64,000 bases of DNA. Origin: Callorhinchus milii. Lineage: Eukaryota. A program made the translations under genes and the position numbers. The first letter of the stretch is position 1, and every line of letters begins with the position of its first letter. The notes below the pieces were generated by a model, which had not been told where the DNA came from, made no database searches, and saw nothing but the letters and a program-made list of their open reading frames with translations. Location of the stretch: contig NW_024704742.1 of NCBI RefSeq assembly GCF_018977255.1, positions 106,332,001 through 106,396,000 of the forward strand, read 5' to 3'. Shown here piece by piece: positions 12,066-25,241 of this stretch.

Positions 12066-12441
12066 TTAGCTTGATTCAGTTGGTAGCACTCTTGTCTCTG
12101 AATTAGTCATTTGTGGGTTCAAGCCCCATTTTGGCATTTTGAACCCACATGCTGGGCTCCAATGCGATGCTGGGGGTGGCTGCGCTGCTGGAGGTGGCAT
12201 CTTTCAGATGAGATGTTAAACTGAGGTCCAGTCTTCCTGTTCAGGCAGACTTTAAAGATTCCCCCAGTATCCTGGCCAATAATCTCCCAGATAAAATTAA
12301 TCATTCACTTCATGGTTGTTTGTGGAACATTGATAAGTGCAAATTGGCTGCTGCATTTCACAGTACAATTCTATGAAGCGCTTTGTCACATCTCATTGAT
12401 GTGACAAGGGGTTATATCAAATGCAAGGATGACAATTATAA
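12066..12441 (+). mobile_element. Deu-type SINE, near full length
   Basis: tRNA-like head (CAGTTGGTAGCACT...GGGTTCAAGCCC), CAGATGAGATGTTAAAC domain, SINE tail. Confidence 0.85.
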
Positions 12442-13297
12442 TTATTTAGTTACATTTAAATAACAGATGAATAATAGTCTACAATTGTAGGTGATCTGTA
12501 CATGTGAGTTGAAAGTCAGATAAATAGCACCATAAGGTGTGCACAACATGCATGTCTAACATAAGTACATAAATACAGAAATATTGTACATGAGTTCTAA
12601 TCAATAGAAATTAATTTAGTAACAAGCTAGACTTATAGTTGCCTATTAAATAAGCAACCAGCTAAATAATAATAATAATCTAAAAAGGTTCATTACAGTT
12701 AAAGGAATCCTGAGTTCATTAGATTCAATATCCATGAGATGCAGACTAATTTAGTTGGTGGATATTAAATAAATAATGTTCTTCCAAAGGCGAAAAGCAA
12801 ATCCACTAAAGCTGTCATGCTTCTCCTTTACAACCATAGATATTCAGTGAACCATTGAGTTTTTAATATGTACAATATAGCCAAGGAAGACCATCAAATA
12901 GGACTTAGATCAATTTACTGGATGTATGTGTTATGTAGACAAGTACTAAAACATTTAATCAGGTAATAACAGAAACGGGTGCAATGGAAATTGCTTTAGA
13001 AACTATTTATTTTCCTCTATGGACTTGTACAAATCTTAAAAGAGAACACTTTAGGAAATCATCCGTATAAACCCTATTTGGGAAATCCAAGCATTGGCTT
13101 ATGTCTGCAGCTAAACAGAAAACTGTTGTTTGGGCCTTATTATTATTATTTATTATTTCTTCACAGTAGCTGGTACTGCGACAGTTCTGTTAATTAATTT
13201 GACTACCTAATGCTTGGTGTATCTTGGTGTATTCAAATGCCAATGTTCATATCACAATAGGGTGCGAAAAACCACCATGATCAATGGGGATTGGCTA

Positions 13298-13352
13298 AGT
13301 GTCTGAGACTCTACCCCACATGAAGGGACTATATAAATACAAACTGTTGTAG
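13298..13352 (+). mobile_element. L2-B tail remnant
   Basis: TCTGAGACTCTACCCCACATGAAGGGACTATATAAATACAA. Confidence 0.55.
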
Positions 13353-13612
13353 GCCTTGTTGTTGGTTTCAACATTAAAATTGTTCGTTGGATCTATTCCT
13401 CCCCTCCCCAATGTCATTTGTCCACCCCAATGCCACATCATTGACAGTTTTGAAAATATTTCTCTACATTTAGAAAAAAATGTTTGAAGTAAAGCCACTT
13501 GACCAATAGCTGGTGGCCATAATGTCAGCCGTAAGGAAACAGCAATCGATTAAAGGCTTTTGGCTTATAAAATTACCACTAATGTAAGATGAATTGAACA
13601 TCAACAACTTAA

Positions 13613-14710
13613 GTCTGTCAGACATCAAGTCCTGATGAGAGTTAATTTTCTTCAGATTGGCTCCCGTCAGCGCCTCCTCACCTCAACAACAACAGCAACA
13701 AGATTGCATTTATAGAGCGCCTTTCACGTCAGGAGGATGTTCCAAGGCACTGTACAGTTGGGTCAGGACCCGAGCATTGGGGAAATGATCAGGGTGAGGG
13801 GAGGGAAGGGAGGGAGCGAGGAGGGGGTAGAGAGTCAGAGGGGAGCTGAAGGCACGGTCAAAGAGAAAGGTCTTGAGACCGGCCTTGAAGGAGGAAAGGG
13901 AGGAAGCAAGGCGCTGACAGCATCAACATCCATGGTTGCACACTCCACCTTACTAAGCCAGTCCGGAACCTTGGGGTCTTGTTTGACTCTCAACTATCCT
14001 TTCTACCCCACATCTGCCCCATGACCCACTCTGTCTTCCCCCACCTCCGCAACATCACCCAGCTCTGCCACTGTCTCACATCGCAGGCCGCCGAAACCCT
14101 CATACATACTTTCATGACATCGAGGCTTGACTATGCAAATTCCTTGCTTGTTGGCCTACCAAACTCCTCCCTCCATAGGCTGCAGATCATCCAGAACTCT
14201 GCAGCCCGTGTCCTCTCCCGCACCAAGCTCTGTGACCCTATCACCCCCATCCTCGTCTGATTCCACTGGCTTCCCATCACACAGAGGATACAGTTCAAGA
14301 TCCTGGTCCTCACCTTCAAAGCCCTCCATGGCCTTGCTCCCCCCCTACCTCTAAGACTTTCTAAGCCCCTACCATCCTGCTTGCTCCCTCCGCTCAGCGG
14401 ACTTCGGCCTGCTTCGCGTCCCCTGCCTTACCCACCCCACCATTGGCGAGTGGGCCTTCTGCCACTCTGTCCCACCCTCTGGAACTGCATCCTGCAGTCC
14501 CTCCGCCTCGTCCACTCCCTTGCCTCCTTCATGACCCATCTCAAGACCCTCCTCTTCGACCATGCTTTCAATCATCCTGCTTTCCCTCCTGCCCACCATC
14601 CTCCCCAATCCCAACCCACAGTTCGGGTCCAAAACTCTGTCTGTCCAGCGGCTTGGGATGTTCTCCCAATGTGAAAGGCGCTATACAAATGTAATTTTGT
14701 TGTTGTTGTT
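13613..14710 (+). mobile_element. L2-A LINE, 5'-truncated, interrupted at 13685-13909
   Basis: ORF 13979..14260 AETLIHTFMTSRLDYANSLLVGLP...LQIIQNSAARVL; (TTG)n tail at ~14700. Confidence 0.92.
13685..13909 (-). mobile_element. L2-A 3' end nested antisense inside another L2-A
   Basis: Host sequence CCTCACCTCA|GGCGCTGACAG is split by an element with a (CAA)n tail. Confidence 0.85.
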
Positions 14711-14971
14711 ATGAAGAACGAGCCCTTTGACCTTTGTTTATGCTGCTGATGGCAAGTGAACCAAAATAACATTAAGATATGTTACAATTTTAGGGAGTGT
14801 GAAGTGCATGTCAAATGGAAACATTTAAGAGAAGACAACGAATATTACTGGCAATCTGAGGCCACAATTTAGCGGAAATAAAAAAGGTTTGATCAGATCT
14901 CAAAACCCTGCAGGATCCTAATTTCAAGATTCACATGTCCGTCACTTTAGTAGATCAATGAAAGCAATTTA

Positions 14972-15034
14972 AGCTCTCTGAGACACTTCCCTGCGTGGAG
15001 GGTACTATATCAGTGCAAGTTGTTGTTGTTGTTG
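14972..15034 (+). mobile_element. L2-B tail remnant
   Basis: CTCTGAGACACTTCCCTGCGTGGAGGGTACTATAT...(TTG)n. Confidence 0.7.
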
Positions 15035-16821
15035 GAAGATCACATTTTGTTTGGCTCTAATTTCTGTTCAAGTACAGTATATTCTGGTGCCTCTGCCCTG
15101 TTCAATGCAGGAGTGAGCGCTGCTTGATGTGAGAAGAATCAAAGGAGGTGGATATAAATAATCCAATGGGAATATTGCTCCCATCTCGCTGGCCTTTTCC
15201 CTTGCATTGAAACCAACATCAAAAGTGAATGATAAGTCATCAATCACCTTCTGCCAATCCATCAATTGATTGTCAATCGCCAGGATGCCAATCACCTCTA
15301 GAGATAACAGCTTTCACTTACTACTAATCACGATACAGAACACTATTTTAAACCTTTATAAAGTGCTTTGTTTTGTTTATTGTTCTAGTTATGTGTAGTC
15401 TCGCACACTGTTTTGGAAATAACAATTTGGAAGTGGACGGTATTGACTTAGTTGGTTTAGGATGGCTGCATATCAGTTAAAGTGAAACACCCTGTGCTGG
15501 TGAAATCCTTTAATGTGTTCAAGCACACAGAATTAAGAACCATCCTATTCAATAGCTACAAATTCACAGCTCAATCATCGTGAATGAATATTTGAATGCT
15601 GTTATTTATTCCATAAATAATACAGAGTAAAGACTCTTGGCCTTTGAGCTTGAGCATGGGCTGGGTGGGAAAGCAGCAGATTCGCATGAGGCTGATGTAA
15701 AACCAGATGTGAACTTTTTGCCCTTTTTCTGCTGGAAACTTAAACTCTGCATCTGCATTAGTCAGTAATGTAATACTGTCTGTTACCACTGAACCCAGGT
15801 GGCCGTAAGCAGAAAGCCTGGGAGATCACATTCAGTTCAAATCTCCTGATTGGAACAGAATGTGAGCTCTCTGGGGGTTGTCGTTTAAATGGGGCATCAG
15901 TTAAGTGTTACTGATCTAGTCACCATGATAAATGAGACTCCCAATACAAAGTAACTCCCCTCCCCACGCCAAATGAGGACCAGCAAGCAGTTTGGGATTC
16001 AACTTGGTCTTTTTCGGAGGAAGCACTTATATATAAACTATTTTCTGTGCTGTTACTGCTAAAATACTCTAGTGATATTAAATAGCATTGTCGTGAATTA
16101 TTTTTTCCATTAATCTTTCCATAAAACAGTGGTTGACCTTCACAAGTGTAAATGAAACAAAGCATCATGTAGTTTTCACACTTGTAAAAACACACAATGT
16201 CTGGACTTTATAGATTGCTGATCGACAGCTAGAAGAGAAAGTGAATCCGAAACTGTGTTCATTGACTCAGGAGGAGATGGAAATCAGACCTCTGCACTAT
16301 GACCAACACTTCCTTCAATGCCTGAAGGAAGAAAGTAGAAAGAAGGAGATGTTCCCTATCCAGGACTGCCACAGGAATTACAATTTATTCAGGTGCACAT
16401 ACCAGCAACCCAACCACTTTTGATTATCAGATTGAAGAGAGCTATTTAGACTGTTGAGGTGGAAACCTGCAGGCGAAACCAGAAATTAAGGCCCAAGGGA
16501 GTTCACAGGTATGATCTCAGTTTCCTTTCCTTTCTTGCGCTTGAGGATAAGTGGGCAAAATGCCAGTAGGCGTTGATACATTGGTACTAGACACAGAAGG
16601 CCGATGTCATGGCTATACAAGAGTAGCATTTGCGATCTGTCCTTTCTAACAAGCTAAACCTCCCAAAATTGAAGTTAGACAGAAAGCACTGGTATGAAGC
16701 ACCTCCAAAAGAAAAATAAATGTGCTGGAAATAATGTAGAATGTACAATGCTATGTAAAGAAACTCTGAAAACATAAGGATATTTTACTAAAATAAATTT
16801 GCACATTCACGACCACATTGT

Positions 16822-17192
16822 CAATACATTTCAAAACACTTCATAGAATTTAGTCTAAAGTGTAGTCTAAAGTTGGCCAACACGCAATTAGCACTTAGCA
16901 ATGTCCCACAAACAGTAATGAAATTAATGACCAATTCTATTTGGGTGCTTGTTGCCCAGGCCACCGAGGGAAACTCCCTTTTCTTTTCGAGTAATGCCAT
17001 GGGATCTTTACCATCCATCTGAGTAGCAGACAAGACCTCAATTTAACATCTCATTCGAAGGACAAGACTCAATCCAAAAATTCATCACCTTCTTGTGCTG
17101 TACTGGAGTGTCAGCTTAGATTATACGAGCTCTGAAGTGGAGCTTGAACCCATAGCCTTATGTCATGAGTGCTACAAAATGAGCCAGGCTGG
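16822..17192 (-). mobile_element. Deu-type SINE
   Basis: GCCATGGGATCTTTA, TTTAACATCTCATTCGAAGG and a GGAGCTTGAACCC head. Confidence 0.82.
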
Positions 17193-17295
17193 GACTACGA
17201 GTATACAGCACCCCCTAAAACCCTATTGCTATGACGTGCCTGCAATATTTCTTACACCAGTGTTTACTACAGGCCTGTTTGAATTATCTTATTCC

Positions 17296-17990
17296 AGATC
17301 CAACAGTGGATTCACTGAGCCCATCCCTCTTAAAAGGGAGATAAGGCAAGGCTGCTCATTCAATGTATTCTTCAATGATGTGTTCGATGGCATTGAGGGC
17401 GATGAACTTTTTGTTTCTGCTCCAGGTTTTTCTGACAGAATTGTGGTGCTTCTGTTTGTGGACAATATTGTGCTGCTGGTGGTCTCACCTGGAGACCTTT
17501 TACGTTGTACCCACCATATTGGAACTGAACTGGCTCCAAGATGACACGTTTAGCAATGGTATGTCAGAATCGAGCCCACCCTCTGTGGCAGTCTCGGTAG
17601 TCCAATTCCTGAGCCATGCATCCGCTGCATTCTAGGGCACTGTTGATAACAGCACAGCTATCCTGTCTCATCGGTAGGACATAGGAGAGCAGAGCAGTTC
17701 CTAGGGGCAGGAAGTCTTCTCACTCAGCTCACGTTAACCCTGCAAGTCAAAGCCCTAATGGGTCCTAGCTGGACAAGCAGTGGGAAAGTTGCCAGATGGT
17801 GCCATCAATGGCAAGCTATGCGGTTTTAATTGGTTAGATTCCAGCAGTACCCCAACACACACTCTGGGGTCTCCAAGGCTTGGCTTTTACCAACCTGCGC
17901 CGAATACATTCTAGAATTAAGTAAGCAGGATACGTCTCTCGGGGAAAGAGTGTGCATTTCACTCCAATAAACTGTCTCTGGAATTTCCTT
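17296..17990 (+). mobile_element. Decayed non-LTR retrotransposon RT relic, not L2/CR1 (possibly RTE/RTE-X-like)
   Basis: ORF 17095..17544 contains REIRQGCS..FNVFFND...RIVVLLFVDNIVLL, matching RT motifs GVRQGCPLSP.LFN and LLFADDIVLL; its downstream part recurs at 608, 24715, 55762 and 60246. Confidence 0.7.
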
Positions 17991-18594
17991 GTATAGGTGT
18001 GATGCATGGAATTCTAGTTTGGTTTGGATACTCATAAGCACGGTGATGGGTTTCTGTATGCATCAGACACCTAACTGGCCAAAATCAACTGGCTGTTTCT
18101 TTGATATGGGAACAACAACAAAAAATTGCATTTGTATAGCACCCTTCATATGGAGTAGCATTTTGGAGCACTAATGTCACACTGAGAACTGGGTTAGCAC
18201 TACCCAAACCCATTGCCAATAGAATCTGTGCAGGTTCGAGTGTGGAGAAGGAATTTTTTATCTCACCAACCTGAACTGCATTCAAACCCAGATGCCAACT
18301 TTGAAAAAAGAATATGCTAACTCACAGCCCTCATTCACTGTGAATAGCCAGTTACATGACACAAGAATGACAGAACATAAAAGACGGCAGCTGTATGTTA
18401 TTATACGAGGTACTGAACTGAGCTTTTCATCTAAAAATCAACAGTTCAATGTTGATAAATGCACAGCAAGTTTGTCAACAAGACAATACTTTACTTGCAT
18501 CAGCTGCACACTTCTCTGGAGTTAACTGTGCAAATCATTTCCCAACAATTCTCCTTGAATCAGAGAGAAATGTTACCCAGAGAGTCAGCAACAA

Positions 18595-18898
18595 CAGGCC
18601 AACATTTTGAGATAATCCCAAAAAGAATTCAAGGGGAGGATAGAAACCATTTCTTTAACCAGCGGATGATTGTAAAATGGAATCCCGTAGCACAAAACCT
18701 TAGCTGAAGCAGGCTCCATCAATTCTTTTTAAAAGGGAATTAGATAAATACTTGAAGAGGAGAAACAGCAAGAATATGGGAATGTGGGATAGGAGTGTGA
18801 GAATAGTTATTTCATGTGGAGAAAAACAACTGATCAGATTTGATGAGCTATGTGGCTTTTTTCTCCTCTGTAACAGGCTATGATTCTATCGTTCTATG
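18595..18898 (+). mobile_element. CR1 3' fragment
   Basis: Encodes RNHFFNQRMIVKWNPV (CR1 motif FFTQRVV..WN.LP); ATTCTAT-type tail. Confidence 0.8.
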
Positions 18899-20627
18899 TT
18901 GCAGAGAGAAGTCCCCTGTTGGGCATTTATGTTTGTTCTCTAACAACACAGCACTTTATTTTTACAAAGTGAAATATAAAACTCTTGCTGTGTTTTTTNA
19001 TAGACTCAGATTGTGAAGTATCTAAATGAGAAAATTTACTTTCTCGAATGAAGAGTATAGTTACGTCTAATATAGATGCATTGAACAATTTAGTGCCATT
19101 AGAAGAATGATTCAGGCAATATATATGGATATAATGATATGTAGACCAGCATAGATGAATGAAGAGTAAGGAAGAGGAGGCAACCTACCTTCCAATCTGC
19201 AAGACAGTAACCAGGCCTGGGAGGAGATTATGACTCACTTTAGTGTTGTACACACCACTCTGGAATGGTGGCGACCAATTAAAATGAGGTTTCTATGATG
19301 TAAAGAAATCAGGTCAATAATAGTCCAGAATAAAATAAAATTTAAAAATCTTCATAATAATCCTGCCATTTGATATAAAAGATTTGTGTCAGCCTCAGTC
19401 AGGAGGGGGCAGAAATGGTATTTATTTTCACAGAGACGACCAGTCAGATGGAAAAATATGACAGTCATATGGCATCAGTTATATGGCGCTGCATGTGCAA
19501 CTCTCTCACACACCCAGAGGTATATGTCCTGCTCACCTACTCCCAGAGAATATAAAGAGCAGGTAAAAACAAATTGGTGGTGAGAGATCCTGATACAGCA
19601 CAAGCTTGTGCTACAGTGGAAAAACAGAACAACGTAGAGGTTCGTGGGTTGGCTTTCAAGATGGAAGTGTTGAAGCAATAGGAGGATTATACACACAGTG
19701 GTGGCACTATTGCAGAGGATGATGATTGGGCGGTTTGGATCCAAGTTTTCATGAGGTCCATTCATGTTACATTAGACAAGTAGTTGACTGGAATGGAACA
19801 CAATCCCCTTAAAGATTTATCAGCCTGCAGGCTTCACTAACAGACATTCGCACAGCTGTTATCTCTCAAGTGGATACTAAGTCTCCAAGGAGCCATCACT
19901 GCTGTTTTGGGAAGTGTTGGAAATAGGTTACAGTCAACCATGAAGAACGACTTCAGGGATCTGTAGATGCACAGTGATTTGTCCTGAGGCAGTTCAGTGT
20001 AACCTATGAGCAGATGGACTCCACCAGTGGTAAACACGTGTCCCTAGAGAGACAGGGCATGGGAACTGAAGCCAACAGGTCATGGTGCAGATCTTTGGCT
20101 TCTTATCCAGTCCTGTTTTCTCAAAGCCACTGAGCCCTTTCCAGGTCCCTCACACCCTAATACACCACAAGTAGGATTAATTATGATCTCTCTTTTCCTC
20201 CACAGCAAAAAATATTCATGTGGTTGACAACCTGAACCACTGCAGTCGCCTACAATTTCACATACCTTTGGGAAATCTATGATGCCATATAACTGTTATA
20301 TTTATGCATCTGACTGGTTGTCTGTGAAAATAAATATATTTCCAAGGCTGACAAGAATCTTTAATTAATGCCTACAAGACAGTGACAAAATCATGTGCCA
20401 AGTGACGTTCAGATAGAACATTCTGGATGTGCAAATCACACAGCCTCACGTGTAGAGGGCAGCAGACTTTCTCCTGTGCCTCCTCACCTCCCTTTCATCA
20501 GTCTCCTCCACTGATATAGTTCTACAATTGTAGTGAACACTGTTGTCTAATACAGATTTGGTCACACACTTGTTAAAGTTTCTGTTTTCTGCAAACAGAT
20601 CTAACCCTTAACATGGACCATATTGTT

Positions 20628-20914
20628 CCTCTGCTCCATGTCGCTCGTCCAGCCTACTTAACCATTGGCAGTCAGGCCTTCAGCTTCTCTGCCCCCAACC
20701 TTTGTAACTCCATCCCCAGTCCCTTCGTCTTGCTCCCTCCCTTACCTCCCTTCAAAGCACGTCTCAAGACCCTCTTCTTTGAACGTGCATCCAACCGCCT
20801 TCCTACCTCTACCCTTCCTGTGCTCCACTCCCCCTGAACCCAATCCCCTCTGCTCGAGCCCAAATGCATCCTGATGTGAAAGGCACCATACAAATGTAAT
20901 TTGTTGTTGTTATT
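20628..20914 (+). mobile_element. L2-A 3' end
   Basis: IGSQAFSFSAPNLCNSIP...FKARLKTLFF peptide; (TTG)n tail. Confidence 0.85.
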
Positions 20915-22807
20915 ACAGTATCCCATCCAATTTACTAACCTTCAATGGAGGAAAATTGTAGATTTCCCAACTTAATTAGCTTCCAGCATTAAATAAGTTA
21001 TCTTCACAGATGTTTTTGACGAACACTGTGCTAAATACCCATTTGGAGAAAATGTTCACGTTTTATTGCAAACACGTAAAATCTCCATGGATCATGATCT
21101 GAAACTGTTTTTATTCATTTGAAGGCACCAACTTTACTAATAGAATGTACCCCTCCCCTCCACCTTATAAAACAAATCACAGGTTCACTCCACCCTTGAA
21201 GTAATATTGTTGCAACAGCCAGCGATTTATATTATTACATGACTTTCAATACAATATAACTGCTGCACCCTCATTTTTGGCTTATGAAATAAAAGGTCAC
21301 TAGTTATAAGATAGTTATCCTAATGCTTTGCCATTATTAATTGATGCAGTGGGACATACTGACCAGATATGATTGCATCCTAAAAAAGGCCAATAGCTAA
21401 AATCTACTTTGTGTATTTGTATACACTGGCTTCACATAGCATAACCATTAGCCTTGTGAACTTATTACTGATTCTGTTATCTCTTCCCTATCACTGCAGG
21501 GGGACACCAGACAGGTTTAGCCTTCAACCTCTATAGTGTTTGTTCTGGCTTTTCAAGTATAAGCCTGTCACGAATTGTTTGCATCTTTATATTTACAGCT
21601 TTGTACCTCTGTCCCTTTCACATACATTCTAATTTATTTTGACACGCTTAATATTTATGTTCCCAGCACTAGCTTCCCTCATTATTGATGTTTTCTTCAG
21701 ATTCAAAGAGTCAGATAAACCAAGAGAATGAAAACTAGTTCTCAGGAACACTCATTTGTTCTCTGAACTTTGACATTTTCATTTATCACCATATGGTTCT
21801 ACTTTGACATCATATGCCTCTAATGATGATAAACCAATTATCCAGCCTCAACAGTCGAGATTTTGAGACATATGGAGCATTGGTCATTACTTCCTGCACC
21901 CTTAATGGAAATAGTAACCTAGAAAATCTTCAGATCTTGCCATTTGTCTTAATTATTAATTTGTGTGACCTCTTATGTATCTTCCTGGTTCCGGTTTGTC
22001 ATTACACAATAATTACTGGTTGGAGATAATGTAGTTCAACAAAGCTTGTGTTCTAGATGAGGTTTATATTTCTTCCTACTTATAAAAACAGACTGCCACA
22101 GAGAAAAATTGACCTTTCTAAAATGTTTATATTATGTATATGTTGTATATGAATAACTCATTGAACAGTTTGAAAATTAAGTCCACATTTAGTCCCAGAT
22201 TATGTTCTACAGATACTTTTCTATCCCTTTTCCATTTCTAACAAAATCCGTTACATATCAGCTTGTTTTTACTTTTGCCCAGGAAGCTGGATTCACATAA
22301 TTTAGCAGAATGAATATCCATTGTCCCACCTGTCTAAACACAATGAAATAATAAGGACAAAGGATGCTTTTTCAACAAGCATTCCCACTGTATTTCTGCA
22401 GGCCATTCCTTCAGTGTGGCTTGAAAAACCATGAAGAACCATGAAGAAAGGCCATGCTTATCACAGGACATACTACTGTTTTAACAGCTTTAATCAGTAT
22501 ACAATCATAAAATGAACTAATCATCTTGTCAGCAATCTGTCCATAGTACAATACTGGATAGAAATTGGATTCAGACAATAAGATCCTTTTCTGTGGAAGG
22601 ATAAACATTTGGTCACTTTCAGATACACACTATTTTTTTTCTTGATATGGACAATCATTGGTTTTAAACTGAACTGAAGCTATTTCTCTGTGGTGTTAAT
22701 GTGGAAGTGTAAAGGATGTTTATATCTTGGGAAGTGAAGGTATTATTGGATATAGGGAAAAGGGAGGAAATGGGATTGAAAGATCTGCCATCATCTAATA
22801 ATCATAA

Positions 22808-23142
22808 AAATAATAATCCTTGGGTTTGGTCAGCGCCTTATCACATCTTCAAGATGTCTGAAAGAGCTTCACAGAATATACTGTAAAGTGAATTGACTGC
22901 ATATTTGTGGGCGAAACGCGGTATCCAATTTCGCACAGCAGTGTCTTACAAACAGTCATGGATTGAGTGACTACATTTTTTTTGAGGGATTATTATTCCC
23001 AGAAAAGTGCCAATCGACTAACAACTGGGTTCCTACTTACTGCTAGGTAAACAGAGACGTGTGGAGTAAGAAAGCTTGCCCAAAGTTTCACCTCGCCGGG
23101 AATCAAACCCAGGTCCTCTCGTTCGTGAGGCAGGTGTTCTAT
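22808..23142 (-). mobile_element. tRNA-like SINE with a complete CORE-like domain
   Basis: Reverse complement: GGGTTTGATTCCC B box, TTTGGGCAAGCTTTCTTACTCCACACGTCTCTGTTTACCTAGCAGTAAG, shared tail. Confidence 0.85.
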
Positions 23143-24467
23143 AATAATTGACGGAAAAGGCTTGAAACTAGTTTCTTTATGCCTATGTTGATTGTAGATT
23201 GACAAGGAAATCGTCCTGGTATCATAATGGTTGAACATATTTAAATTTTTGACTCATTGTTTGAATAATCAGTAACATATTCAGTTGCAAAAAAATGCTA
23301 GTTTGGCAAGATTAGTCTTTTGTGAATATTATGATAGACAATATTTCTCGGCAATCACACAATTCAATCTATATCTGAGTTATGTCAAATTAGAATCCTT
23401 TGTTCTGTTGTGGCTCTTTGGCAAGCAAAGGTTTATTAAAAAATGTTTATGTTACCTTGTCAAGATGTGTCACTCCACTCTTTTATATTGGTGCGAACAA
23501 TATATTTTATAGCAACTCCCAGTGTGGATATTATGGTAGGGACTATGAACAATTAGATTCCAATAAAATCTACAATTTTCATCAAGGAAAAGCATCTGGG
23601 AACACACTGACATGATCGGAACGACTGGATGGGATGTAGAATTATAGCAGCAGCCAATATACATCAGGCTTTCAGCTGATGAATCTTAGAAAAATCAGGA
23701 ATGGATGCATTGAGCTTGCCAATTTTTATGGTTAAAAGGGTAGGATAATTCTGATAGGGCGATGTATATTAGACTTGAGTGGCAATCAATCATGATCCAA
23801 TTCATTTCTACTGTTTGTAGCAGAAGCCTGAAGTGTTTGAATCTATAACTCAGCTGTCATAATCTCTCAGCAAAACCATTGACCTTCCTTTGAAATCTCT
23901 TGTCAGGCAACAAAGAATGGTACTGGAACCACAGTAAATCACAGCACACCAAAAAATGCAACCGTTATTAACAGTCATCCGTCACACCTTTAACCATAAC
24001 AGAGCAATTTTTTTATTTTTAAAATATGCACTTACCAACAAAATGTATTCTTTATATCCTGATCACATTACTTACCAAAACACCACAACATCCCTTAATG
24101 TCAGATTAACATTGTTTAATAATAAATCAACATGCATTTGCTACTACTATACATAGTGATTGAATCCATAACAACTTAGGGTCAAAATTGATGTTTGATA
24201 GCATGCTTATTTTAGTACATAAAAATTAGCTTACATTTTGACATTTTAACGAAACAGCAAAATGCTGTTTTTTTTAAAATACTGAATGCAATCAAAGCAA
24301 TACTATTCCCTGATAATGAACAGAAACATATTCAATATCTCATAAAGCATAAGTTATGTTTTTAACCAAGAGCAGCTAAAAGAAAAATGCACCTCTATTA
24401 AAAGGCTTGTGTTTTTTTCTGTACTCTTCAGTAAAGTACCTCCCATCTAAATTTATCAAGAGCCATA

Positions 24468-24567
24468 ATCAGAAAGTTATGGGAATTTGAACTCATATAG
24501 TCTAGGCTGACACTCCAATGCAGTGCTGGGGTTGTGCTGCATTGCCGAAAGTGTTATTTTTAATGAT
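24468..24567 (+). mobile_element. Deu-type SINE 5' fragment
   Basis: GTCTAGGCTGACACTCCAATGCAGTGCTG matches other copies. Confidence 0.65.
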
Positions 24568-24752
24568 AACAAATTTTCACATAACTTTTGCCAGGATTCG
24601 TTTTTGATCAGACAAGTAACTGGGACATGTAGAAACTCATCCCCATTCTTAAAGAATTTCCAAATCAAACTACTGAGTGTTCCACATTTGCATGTTTTCC
24701 ATTTGTCTGATACAGAGTGCACACTGTCTCCCGAGAGGGATGCACTCTGCTT

Positions 24753-24970
24753 ATTAATAATCCCTCCAAAACAAAACAATAATAAATTGGTCATTTTTAA
24801 TCTACGACTGTTTGTGGGACATTGCTGTGCGCAATTGGCTGCCGCGTTCGCCCACAAATATACAGTCAATTCACTTTACACTGTGTGTTCTGTGAAGCGC
24901 TTTGGGACGTCCTCCCGACTTGAAAAGCGCTATATCAAATGCAAGGATTATTATTATTATTATTATTATT
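24753..24970 (+). mobile_element. Young SINE 3' part
   Basis: Nearly identical to the reverse complement of 4728-4940; (TTA)n tail. Confidence 0.9.
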
Positions 24971-25060
24971 GCTTGCTTAATCCTGGACAGTTTCGGCACA
25001 CGTTTACAAGGCTTGGGACCCCAGGGTTTACAGGTACTGCTGCAGGTTAACCAGCTAAAA

Positions 25061-25241
25061 CAGTGGTGGACAATCTTTTTGGTCAGCCAAAATTTTCTTG
25101 ATTGAATATCTGTGGCCAAGCTATTGGCATCGCCACTTGGAAGCTACTGGAAACAAGGCATTGATTTGGTACGGACTCGCCTGGACTAGTGTGAATGTTC
25201 AGCAGACCATGTCTTGACAAGCCATGGGTTGGCCACCACTG
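25061..25241. mobile_element. hAT-type (Charlie-like) non-autonomous DNA transposon / MITE, 181 bp
   Basis: TIRs CAGTGGTGGACAATCT and GGGTTGGCCACCACTG; flanking 8-bp TSD AGCTAAAA / ATCTAAAA (7 of 8 match). Confidence 0.8.

Noticed and set aside
16214..16423. Open frame after an AG, with DSGG in another frame
   Set aside because: Weak splice signals and no recognisable homology.
18999..18999. Single ambiguous base n
   Set aside because: Assembly ambiguity next to a T run.
19380..20150. Coding-like composition suggesting a decayed transposon
   Set aside because: No diagnostic motif could be read in any frame.
24523..25050. 175-aa ORF
   Set aside because: Runs through SINE and microsatellite sequence (poly-Y from TTA repeats).
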